From: a virus
Lineage: Duplodnaviria; Caudoviricetes
Direction: 5' to 3' (one strand)
Length of the DNA: 46,034 nucleotides
IMG/VR virus record: IMGVR_UViG_3300017909_002418
Location: 1-46,034 of that record
Shown: piece by piece, positions 27,998 through 36,336 of the stretch
Position numbering within the stretch: the first letter of the stretch is position 1
Layout of the letters: each line of letters opens with the position of its first letter
Notes under the pieces: generated by a model
Database searches by the model: none
The model's input: only the letters and a program-made list of their open reading frames with translations
What the model was told of the DNA's origin: nothing
Made by a program: the position numbers and the translations under genes

Positions 27998-28657
27998 ATG
28001 AAAGTAAAATTGATTAGTTTTAGTCAAGCACCAGATTACAATGAATCAGCATTGGACTTAGTGGCATATTGTGCCAGAGTAAGTAATCCAGATAATCAAA
28101 ACAATAAAGAGACAAGTGAAAAACTTGTAAAATATTTAATGAAACATAAACATTGGTCGCCACTTGAAATGGTGTCAGCATGTTTAGAAATAGAAACTAC
28201 AAGGGATATTGCAAGACAAATTCTGAGACACAGAAGTTTTAGTTTTCAAGAGTTTAGTCAGCGATATGCTGACCCAACAAAAGATTTAGATTTTGAAATC
28301 AGAGAAGCAAGAATGCAAGATCCAAAAAATAGGCAAAACAGTATTCCAACTGACGACTTTTCTATAAAACATCAATGGGAAGAAATGCAGAAAGATATTA
28401 TTAGAGCATCAAGGCATGCATACACTTGGGCAATAGAAAAAGGTATTGCTAAGGAACAAGCCAGAGCAGTATTGCCTGAGGGCAATACTGTAAGCAGAAT
28501 GTATGTAAATGGGACACTTAGAAGTTGGATACATTACATAGAGTTGCGAGGTGCAAACGGCACACAACTTGAACATATGGAAATTGCTTGGGCAGTTGCA
28601 GATGCTATTGCTAAAATTTTTCCACTTGCTGAAGAATTTAAAGGAAAAGAAATATGA
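27998..28657 (+). CDS. thyX: Flavin-dependent thymidylate synthase
   Basis: H.SPLE, RHRSFSFQEFSQRY, EQARAVLP, Q.E motifs. Confidence 0.97.
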   Translation: MKVKLISFSQAPDYNESALDLVAYCARVSNPDNQNNKETSEKLVKYLMKHKHWSPLEMVSACLEIETTRDIARQILRHRSFSFQEFSQRYADPTKDLDFEIREARMQDPKNRQNSIPTDDFSIKHQWEEMQKDIIRASRHAYTWAIEKGIAKEQARAVLPEGNTVSRMYVNGTLRSWIHYIELRGANGTQLEHMEIAWAVADAIAKIFPLAEEFKGKEI

Positions 28658-28908
28658 AAAAACGCGAAGAAATGTTAGTCATTACCATGGAAGAATGTGG
28701 CGAGTTAATTCAAGCCTGTAGTAAAATGATTCGTAGTAAAGGCAAAACAAAGTATTTGCGAGATTTACAAGATGAGATTGGTGACGTAATGACTATGATA
28801 GAAATTATGAAAATGAGTGGTTTAGTTACTGATGAGCAGATTGCAGATAGAATGGAAATTAAAAAAGAAAAATTAATGAAATGGAGTATGTTGTTCAGTG
28901 AAGATTGA
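28654..28908 (+). CDS. MazG-like nucleotide pyrophosphohydrolase
   Basis: EECGEL...DEIGDV motif. Confidence 0.8.
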   Translation: MKKREEMLVITMEECGELIQACSKMIRSKGKTKYLRDLQDEIGDVMTMIEIMKMSGLVTDEQIADRMEIKKEKLMKWSMLFSED

Positions 28909-29476
28909 TTTTGATGTAGATATCGACATGGCTAACAGAGATGACTTCCTCAAGTTAGTTAGTGTTACACCTGCAAGTATTGAAAAGGATGGTAAATTTA
29001 CTAAACACAATACTGGTGTTTATTTTCAAAATATTCCAAAGTTTCCACTTGAAGGCTACAGCACAATAGATCATAAACAAGCAGAGGAAGAAGGTTGGTT
29101 TAAAGTTGACTTTTTAAACAATCATATTTACAAAGATATAATTGATGAGCAACATTTAGATAGACTTATAGCAACAGAACCAATGTGGGAACTATTTGAA
29201 CATGAAGAAATTGTTGAACAACTGTTTCATATTAATAATCATTTTGAAATACTAAAACAACACCCACCTAAAACAATTGAACAATTAGCAATGATACTTG
29301 CAATGATAAGACCAGGTAAACGTCATTTGGTTGGAAAGGATTGGAAGGATATTGAAAAAGATGTTTGGGTAAAAACTGATGACTACTTCTTTAAACAAAG
29401 CCATGCAATGGGTTATGCACTAGCAATTATTGTGCAACTAAATTCTATAGTTGAAAATATTAGTCAGACTTCCTAA
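28898..29476 (+). CDS. Miniature DNA polymerase III alpha (DnaE)-like protein
   Basis: DFDVD, KHNTGVY, FKVDFL, LAMIRPG, YFFKQSHA.GYA in DnaE order within 192 aa. Confidence 0.8.
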   Translation: MKIDFDVDIDMANRDDFLKLVSVTPASIEKDGKFTKHNTGVYFQNIPKFPLEGYSTIDHKQAEEEGWFKVDFLNNHIYKDIIDEQHLDRLIATEPMWELFEHEEIVEQLFHINNHFEILKQHPPKTIEQLAMILAMIRPGKRHLVGKDWKDIEKDVWVKTDDYFFKQSHAMGYALAIIVQLNSIVENISQTS

Positions 29477-29825
29477 CTAATTGAATACCTCTTCTTTTAA
29501 TACGTTTCTTTAAGAGATTTTGTAAAGTTGTCATTGGACCAAACTGATGTGTAACGTCTTTCATTACAAATGTAGTTAGGTAAGGTCGAAATGCTTTCAT
29601 TTCGTGATGTAAGAAAACATCAATTGGCATAAGCCTATTTGATTCCCACCACCAAGTTTCTCCGAGATCTAATAATGCTTTTGTTTCTTCGATGCTGTTT
29701 ATTTTTTGTATGTCGTAAAATGTAATTATTGAGTTATCATAATTTACAACAATACCAAAGTGTTCCGTTTCGCCATACTTTAAACCAGTTATGAAAGGAA
29801 ACTTTTCTTGATACTTTTCTTGCAT
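29460..29825 (-). CDS. Conserved hypothetical protein (only minus-strand gene)
   Basis: FPFIT, GIVVN, WWWESNRLMPI motifs; start reset to ATG 29825 by TAAATA-N5-ATG geometry. Confidence 0.7.
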   Translation of the reverse strand: MQEKYQEKFPFITGLKYGETEHFGIVVNYDNSIITFYDIQKINSIEETKALLDLGETWWWESNRLMPIDVFLHHEMKAFRPYLTTFVMKDVTHQFGPMTTLQNLLKKRIKRRGIQLVRKSD

Positions 29826-29830
29826 AATGA

Positions 29831-29855
29831 TATTTACCATCTAGAAAGATAAATA
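29831..29855. promoter_or_regulatory. Back-to-back divergent late promoters (GGTAAATA on minus 29831-29838; GATAAATA on plus 29848-29855)
   Basis: Two motifs 9 nt apart pointing at the divergent genes. Confidence 0.7.
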
Positions 29856-29879
29856 CTAATACATAAAGGTTATAAAAAC

Positions 29880-30680
29880 ATGAGTTATGGAGATCACAGA
29901 TTATATATTTACGATGACCCAATAGATCTAGTGGTGACTTCTGACGCACTTTATTTGGAAAACAGACCTATGAACAATAGACAATTAAAAGCACATAAAG
30001 GATTTAGTAACGAACTTACTTTTAACATTCGCGATAGAGATAGAAAATTGCAAAATGTTTTTAGTGATACTGTTTATGCACACATTTATAATCCTCAAAC
30101 TAAAAAGAGATTACTTACAAGAAGGTGTGAGGATACAAGTAGTGTTGGCATTATAAAATTATATTTGAATGAAGGAGATTTATCAAATATAGATGCAGGA
30201 CTTTATAAAATGTATTTAAGTAAAGATTCAGCAGAAACAAAAAATATGCCAATATATTCAAACCAAGATTATGATGTATCAATGAATATAGAAATACTTG
30301 CAGACGGTGTTATAGAACCTACTGCAACGCAAGTTGCAAACGTTTTTACACAGGTAGCAAATACTACTTTAGGTGATAGTGCAAATATTTTTACAACAAA
30401 TTCTTTATATGGTAATCAAGATAGAAACTTTGCAGACGGCAGACATTCGTTACAAATATATCCTTCTACTTTTACAGGAAATGTTTTAATACAAGGTAGC
30501 ATTTTAGAAAATCAACCTAACAATGACGACGCAAGTAAGGACTGGTTTAATATTTCTAATGTTGCATTTTCATCAACAAGCAATGTTAATCATCAAACAT
30601 TTACAATAAATGCAAATTGGATTAGATGTTTAACTTATCCTACATCAGGTTCAATTACTAAGATTCTTCTAAGAAATTAA
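29880..30680 (+). CDS. Hypothetical virion structural protein (beta-rich, Ig/BppU-like N-terminus possible)
   Basis: Late promoter; HKG..N.LTF.I.DRDRK motif; Asn/Ser/Thr-rich beta C-terminal domain. Confidence 0.5.
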   Translation: MSYGDHRLYIYDDPIDLVVTSDALYLENRPMNNRQLKAHKGFSNELTFNIRDRDRKLQNVFSDTVYAHIYNPQTKKRLLTRRCEDTSSVGIIKLYLNEGDLSNIDAGLYKMYLSKDSAETKNMPIYSNQDYDVSMNIEILADGVIEPTATQVANVFTQVANTTLGDSANIFTTNSLYGNQDRNFADGRHSLQIYPSTFTGNVLIQGSILENQPNNDDASKDWFNISNVAFSSTSNVNHQTFTINANWIRCLTYPTSGSITKILLRN

Positions 30681-30681
30681 C

Positions 30682-30709
30682 TTGACATATTAAATATATC
30701 CTGTATAAT
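30682..30709 (+). promoter_or_regulatory. Sigma70-like promoter TTGACA-N16-TATAAT, 6 nt before primase ATG
   Basis: Both boxes match consensus; no SD. Confidence 0.75.
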
Positions 30710-30715
30710 AAACTT

Positions 30716-31693
30716 ATGGATATAGACTCACTAGTAGAACAGGTGCATCGACTTGTCTTTGATAATTTACCAGTAAAGACAAGCAAAACGCCTAGTGGCT
30801 GGACTACATTGGATTGTCCAATGTGTAGTGATACTAGAAAAAGAGGCGGCATAATTACCAGCGGTCCTAAAATTTCATTTAATTGTTTCAACTGCGGATT
30901 TAAAACAGGCTGGGCACCTAATCCAACATTAGGCAAAAAATTTAAGGAACTTGTTACAGTATTAGGAGTTGATCAATCTGAACTGCATAAAATACAGGTT
31001 GAATTATTAAAGTATGCAGAAATACTAGAACAAGAAGAAACATCAGATTACGTTTATACATTATCTCAATTTAAACCTGTGGACTTACCAGAGTCTGCAA
31101 TGTCGATAGAAGATTTGCCTACAGAACATCCTGTAAGGCAGTATGCAATTGAAAGGGGACTATATGGTCTATATCCACTGCTATACTTCGATGAAAGTTT
31201 ATACAAGCAGAGATTAGTAGTTCCCTTTTCATACAATGGCGAACTAGTAGGTTGGACAGCAAGACATATAAATCCACCTACAAAACAAACAGCAAAGTAT
31301 TTACATAACATGCAAACAGGTTATGTTTTTAATGTAGATAGATTTGCAGACAGTAAAAGAGAAGTTGTTATTGTAACTGAAGGAGTATTCGATGCAATAC
31401 TTATAGATGGTGTGTCTATACAAGGTAATAGTGTAGGAGCAGAGCAGGCTCATTTAATAAGCAAACTAGGTCAACGAGTAATATTATGTCCAGACAGAGA
31501 TGATGCAGGTAAAGATCTTATAGAACAAGCATTAGCATTAGATTGGGAGATAAGTTTTCCTCCGTGGCATGCAGAAATTAAAGACGCCGCAGATGCCGTT
31601 TTAAAATATGGAAGGCTGGCCACAGTATCAAGTATTATTAATCATGCTACTAGCAACAAAATAAAAGCACGAGTAAGGGCAAAAATGCTATGA
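30716..31693 (+). CDS. DNA primase (gp61/DnaG-like)
   Basis: Zn finger CPMC...CFNC; TOPRIM VTEGVFDA, PDRDDAG, KDAADA. Confidence 0.92.
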   Translation: MDIDSLVEQVHRLVFDNLPVKTSKTPSGWTTLDCPMCSDTRKRGGIITSGPKISFNCFNCGFKTGWAPNPTLGKKFKELVTVLGVDQSELHKIQVELLKYAEILEQEETSDYVYTLSQFKPVDLPESAMSIEDLPTEHPVRQYAIERGLYGLYPLLYFDESLYKQRLVVPFSYNGELVGWTARHINPPTKQTAKYLHNMQTGYVFNVDRFADSKREVVIVTEGVFDAILIDGVSIQGNSVGAEQAHLISKLGQRVILCPDRDDAGKDLIEQALALDWEISFPPWHAEIKDAADAVLKYGRLATVSSIINHATSNKIKARVRAKML

Positions 31694-32406
31694 GAAACAT
31701 CTATGTAAATGGCTGTAGTTTTTCAGAAGGTCATAAAGAACTTAGAGACCGAGACGGTAAACCATGGCCTGCATATTTTCAAGAAGATAATGTTATTAAC
31801 GATTCAATGAATGGTGGAAGTTCTTTTAGATCATTGCGTATGTGTATGCAAAGAATTCTTGAAGACATGCCGATAGACATTATGATTTGTCAACTTACAT
31901 CTCCAGAAAGAGGTGAAGTATTTTTAAATAAAGATGAATTTGTAAGATGGCATGAGCCTATGTATATAGCATATATGTCACACAGATTTATTCACAGAGA
32001 TCATCAATTGGAAGTTTTAAAAAGAGAAGGGTTCAGAAAAAGAGCGGAAAATTTTAAATACTTAAACGAAAAAGGAGAGTCTATTGAGGACAAGTATTAT
32101 CATAAATTAAAACTTTTAAATGACACAATGCTTACAAATCCACGAGACAAAGAATTACACATAATAGGATTGTGTAATAATTTAAAACTTTTATGTGAAG
32201 CAAAAGGTATAAAATTACTTTTTACAGCAATGAGTGAAAGATGCATACCAAATGTTAAACACATTACACCATACTTTACAAAGCCTATGAGTCAAATTGT
32301 AGGAAAAGAGGGTCCTCTTGTTGAAAGTGAAACAGATTTCCATCCAAACGAAGCAGGACATGAGAAAATTTATAGATATATATTAAGTGAGTTAGAAAAA
32401 TTATGA
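31690..32406 (+). CDS. SGNH/GDSL hydrolase-like protein
   Basis: YVNGCSF, N.S..G.S, QLT..ER, DFHPNEAGH motifs. Confidence 0.7.
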   Translation: MRNIYVNGCSFSEGHKELRDRDGKPWPAYFQEDNVINDSMNGGSSFRSLRMCMQRILEDMPIDIMICQLTSPERGEVFLNKDEFVRWHEPMYIAYMSHRFIHRDHQLEVLKREGFRKRAENFKYLNEKGESIEDKYYHKLKLLNDTMLTNPRDKELHIIGLCNNLKLLCEAKGIKLLFTAMSERCIPNVKHITPYFTKPMSQIVGKEGPLVESETDFHPNEAGHEKIYRYILSELEKL

Positions 32407-33785
32407 GCGATATAAAAACATACAACGAAGAAACACAAGAACTATTTTTGAGATTCTTGTTGAGTGATCCAGACTTGTTTGCAAGGTGTCAAAATATTGT
32501 TGAGCCTGAATATTTTAATTTAAAATATAGACCAGCAGTAGAACTTTTTAAAAGTCACAGTGAAAAACATAATGCAATTCCAACTCCAGAACAAGTTAGT
32601 GCGGTAGCAGGAACAGTATTAGAGCCAATACCGAATGTAACAGTTGATCATCATGACTGGTTTTTGTCAGAGTTTGAAACTTTTTGCAGACACAAAGCAT
32701 TAGAAAAAGCAATCATAGAAAGCACAGACTTGTTAGAGAATCAAGACTATGGCACAGTTGAAAATAAAATAAAAGATGCTAGCCAAGTAGGACTTGTAAA
32801 AGATTTAGGTTTAGAATACTTTGAAAATCCAAAGGAGAGATTGGAATGGATAAAGAACCAAGCAGGTGCAGTAAGCACAGGTTGGAAAGCAATAGATCAA
32901 AAACTATACGGTGGCTTGAACAGAGGCGAAATCACAATATTCGCAGGAGGCTCAGGCGCAGGTAAGAGTTTATTCTTACAGAATTTTGCAGTAAATTGGG
33001 CATTAGCAGGACTAAATGTTGCGTATGTTAGTTTAGAACTTAGTGAACAACTTATTAGTATGCGTCTTGATGCTATGGTGAGTGGTTACAGCACAAAAGA
33101 AGTTATGCGTAATATGGATGATGTAGATCTAAAAGTTCGTATGAAAGCCAAAGGTGCTGGTAGATTAAGAGTAAAACAAATGCCAAATGGTGTTAATGCA
33201 AATGATTTGAGAGTATTTTTACGTGAATATGAGATACAAAGCGGAGAAAAAGTAGATTGCTTACTTGTTGACTACTTAGATTTGATGATGCCGATAAGTG
33301 CAAAAGTAAGTGGCAGTGATTTGTTTATCAAAGACAAATATGTGTCAGAAGAATTGCGTAATTTGGCAACTGAGAGAGACATTTTGCTTGTAACTGCATC
33401 GCAGTTAAACAGGGGAGCAGTAGAAGAAATAGAATTTGACCACCATCATATTGCAGGTGGTATATCTAAGATACAAACAGCAGATAATGTTGTTGGTATT
33501 TTCACAAGTAATGCTATGAGAGAACGTGGTAGATATCAAATACAGTTTATGAAAACACGTTCTAGTAGTGGTGTTGGCAGTAAAGTAGACTTAAAGTTTG
33601 ATCCAGACACATTAAGAATAGAAGATTTAGAAGAAGGCGACGATGATGCAATGACAGTTGCCGCAGGTAGTCTTGTAGATCAGTTAAAAAGAGGCAATAG
33701 TATCAAAGCAGACGAGGACGAGGCTAAAGGAACTATAGACCAAGCATTGAACATGCATGAGTTCTTAAAGAAGAACGACTTCTAA
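32403..33785 (+). CDS. Replicative DnaB-like helicase (gp41-like)
   Basis: STGW..ID, GGSGAGKS, SLELSE, VDYLDL, TASQLNR, KTR. Confidence 0.95.
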   Translation: MSDIKTYNEETQELFLRFLLSDPDLFARCQNIVEPEYFNLKYRPAVELFKSHSEKHNAIPTPEQVSAVAGTVLEPIPNVTVDHHDWFLSEFETFCRHKALEKAIIESTDLLENQDYGTVENKIKDASQVGLVKDLGLEYFENPKERLEWIKNQAGAVSTGWKAIDQKLYGGLNRGEITIFAGGSGAGKSLFLQNFAVNWALAGLNVAYVSLELSEQLISMRLDAMVSGYSTKEVMRNMDDVDLKVRMKAKGAGRLRVKQMPNGVNANDLRVFLREYEIQSGEKVDCLLVDYLDLMMPISAKVSGSDLFIKDKYVSEELRNLATERDILLVTASQLNRGAVEEIEFDHHHIAGGISKIQTADNVVGIFTSNAMRERGRYQIQFMKTRSSSGVGSKVDLKFDPDTLRIEDLEEGDDDAMTVAAGSLVDQLKRGNSIKADEDEAKGTIDQALNMHEFLKKNDF

Positions 33786-33786
33786 T

Positions 33787-33794
33787 GATAAATA
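33787..33794 (+). promoter_or_regulatory. Late promoter (GATAAATA) heading a five-gene operon
   Basis: Motif, SD GGAGA, GTG 33825. Confidence 0.75.
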
Positions 33795-33824
33795 GTAGTA
33801 AAGCATAATACCGCTGGAGAGATT

Positions 33825-34094
33825 GTGGCTAAACATAGAAGTATATTAGAAGAATTAAATAAGATATCAGTAGATAAAAGCAAAGATTACGTTGTTGAAA
33901 ATCGTGCTGAGCATGTTATAGCCAGTGCAATTAACTTGCTGGAGCAAATTGACAGAAATTACACTCCAGAAGAAGCAAAAAATTTAACTAATAGACTTGT
34001 AAATAGTATAAAGCACCGAGACCCTTCAAAATTTTCTAGAGGTATTAAAAAAATTATCAAAGAAAATATGAAGGAGCAATCGGGTGAAGATTAA
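33825..34094 (+). CDS. Hypothetical late protein
   Basis: GTG start with SD; RSILEEL and KF.RGI motifs. Confidence 0.65.
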   Translation: MAKHRSILEELNKISVDKSKDYVVENRAEHVIASAINLLEQIDRNYTPEEAKNLTNRLVNSIKHRDPSKFSRGIKKIIKENMKEQSGED

Positions 34095-36336
34095 TCAACT
34101 CATATTTGAATCAAAAGCAAAGGGTGGCTTGCCTGTAGAGGTAGATAAAATTACTCCTGACAACCTTGGTCAGAGAGCAGGCCAAAGACCACAATACAAA
34201 TATTATTTTTACAAAAATAATAAAGCAGTTCCAATAAACAATCAACACGGATTTTACAAACTTAATAGGGCAGATAGACAAAAACTTCTCATAATGGACC
34301 CTAAATCAAAAAATGAGTCGTATCCAAAAACTCTATATACAACTGTTTTAAATATAAACGGAAAAAATGCAAATGATGGAACTGCTGTTTTTGACCTAGA
34401 ATCATTTGGTTGGAAAATTAAAGACAGTATTAATAAAAATGATATGGGTAAACCTGTAACAGGATTAGCCGCTGAAGAATTATGGAAACAGATCAATCCA
34501 AGATTAGATAATACTGGAACAGATGCAAAATTTTCCAAGAAACAAGCAAAGATGTTTGGCAAGGATGGAAAAATTGCACAATTTATGCAAGGTAAAACAG
34601 GCAAATATGGTAGAGCAACTAGATCAGATCCTAAAGCAAGTAGTTTTGAAAAACTTTTTGTTTCTGGTGGCTTAATGGCTATGGACAAAATGGGTTTATT
34701 TGGGAATCCAGATGCAACACAACAAATACAACTTGACGGTAACACAAAAGCAGATATAGATGAGATTGTAAAAATTGGACAAGGTCAAGTATTGTATCAA
34801 CTATTAAGTGATTTGCAAAAAGTTTTTGATAAAACTGAAAAAACATTTAAAAGTTCTCCAGAATATCAAGCAAGAGATAAACTAGCAAATCAAGATCCAA
34901 GTTTTCAACCTGAGTCTATACAATTAAAAGAAGAACCTTTAGGCGGAGAAGAACAAGATCAACTTTTACATGTTGCAAAAGAGTTAGCATATAACGATGG
35001 TTCAGAATTTGAAAGATACAGAGATGAATATATCAAAAGGGCAAACGATCTTAAAACAAATGATACTGAAAAGTTTAATACTATCTTAGCAAAACCACCT
35101 TCCATGCCAGGAGAAGAACCTGAATACGGTGATGACGGATATGATAATCCAAATGATCCTAAAAAATCTCAAGCATATAAAGATGCAATGGCACAAGGAA
35201 CTGAAGAGATTGCACAGATTTTTGGTGACATAGACACTTATATTAAAAATGCAAAAGTAAAAGTGCCTCAACCAGATCTATTAAAGAATGTTGTAAAGAA
35301 AATTTTAGGTGACGGGCAATTATTTCCTGCATTTAAATACCTAGCAGGAGAATATCAAAAGTTTAATCGAGCAGGTGTTGATGCTTCGAAACTAACCAAA
35401 AAAGATTATGAAGCATGGATCAAAGAAATGGAGACATTAAAAATAAATGATCCAGAGGCATATCAAAAAGAATTAGATCGTATTTGGGGTTCAGATATTC
35501 AAACCTATGCACGACAAACTGGTAATTCTTCTAGGCCAACATACCCACCATTTAATATGTGGAAAGCAGACAAAAGAAAAGCCGCTCCAATGCCTAGAGA
35601 TGCGGCAAACAAGTTTTATAATCCAGATCAAGATGAGAAAAGAGTAGGAGATAAAAGAATAGCACTTAGGCCTATTTTAGACAAATACCACAAAGATAAA
35701 AAAAGTCTAAATCCTACAGAATTAAACAAACTTAAGGCTGGTTATCCAGAAGGCCCACCTTTAAGTCCAGAAGAAAAAAAAATAAAAATGACTATAGATA
35801 CCGATTACAATAAATCATATAAAATTGCACAAGAAGAAGATCCTACTATACCTTTCCCAGCAAGAGAAAAATGGGCGGCAATGAAAGGGTATTCCTTGAT
35901 ATATAGAGATTGGGCAGGTAAAATTAGAAAAGGATCAATAATGCCATTACAGGGTTCATCACATAAGTTCGTAGACCTACAAACAGGTAATCCAATTAAA
36001 ATACCATACGGTCAGAATCCTATTTTAGATGCTTCAGGATTAATAGACTTATCTAAACCCGAAAATTTTAATAAGTTTAAATCACAATTAAAACCAGGAG
36101 CAGTTGTGTTTCATATAGGTGGCAAGAGTTCAGGAAAGATTGGACAGCCTATTAAAGCAACAATTAAAGGCCCTACTAGCAATGATCCAAATTCATTGAT
36201 ATTAGTAAGTAGATTTAATAGGCAAGGATATTCTACTCCAATAAACAGAATGCAACTGCAAGTGAAACCAAAGGCACAACCTAAAGATTATGTTCCTAGA
36301 GAGAACCCAACTAATCCAAATTTTGAATACAAATGA
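34084..36336 (+). CDS. Large hypothetical protein, probably head-packaged
   Basis: 750 aa, GTG start with SD AAGGAG; N-terminal MKINQLIFES leader; Lys/Pro-rich. Confidence 0.6.
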   Translation: MKINQLIFESKAKGGLPVEVDKITPDNLGQRAGQRPQYKYYFYKNNKAVPINNQHGFYKLNRADRQKLLIMDPKSKNESYPKTLYTTVLNINGKNANDGTAVFDLESFGWKIKDSINKNDMGKPVTGLAAEELWKQINPRLDNTGTDAKFSKKQAKMFGKDGKIAQFMQGKTGKYGRATRSDPKASSFEKLFVSGGLMAMDKMGLFGNPDATQQIQLDGNTKADIDEIVKIGQGQVLYQLLSDLQKVFDKTEKTFKSSPEYQARDKLANQDPSFQPESIQLKEEPLGGEEQDQLLHVAKELAYNDGSEFERYRDEYIKRANDLKTNDTEKFNTILAKPPSMPGEEPEYGDDGYDNPNDPKKSQAYKDAMAQGTEEIAQIFGDIDTYIKNAKVKVPQPDLLKNVVKKILGDGQLFPAFKYLAGEYQKFNRAGVDASKLTKKDYEAWIKEMETLKINDPEAYQKELDRIWGSDIQTYARQTGNSSRPTYPPFNMWKADKRKAAPMPRDAANKFYNPDQDEKRVGDKRIALRPILDKYHKDKKSLNPTELNKLKAGYPEGPPLSPEEKKIKMTIDTDYNKSYKIAQEEDPTIPFPAREKWAAMKGYSLIYRDWAGKIRKGSIMPLQGSSHKFVDLQTGNPIKIPYGQNPILDASGLIDLSKPENFNKFKSQLKPGAVVFHIGGKSSGKIGQPIKATIKGPTSNDPNSLILVSRFNRQGYSTPINRMQLQVKPKAQPKDYVPRENPTNPNFEYK

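Noticed and set aside
11953-33785. Inteins, introns or homing endonucleases in terminase, UvsX, UvsW, primase or helicase
   Set aside because: All have normal lengths and contiguous motifs.
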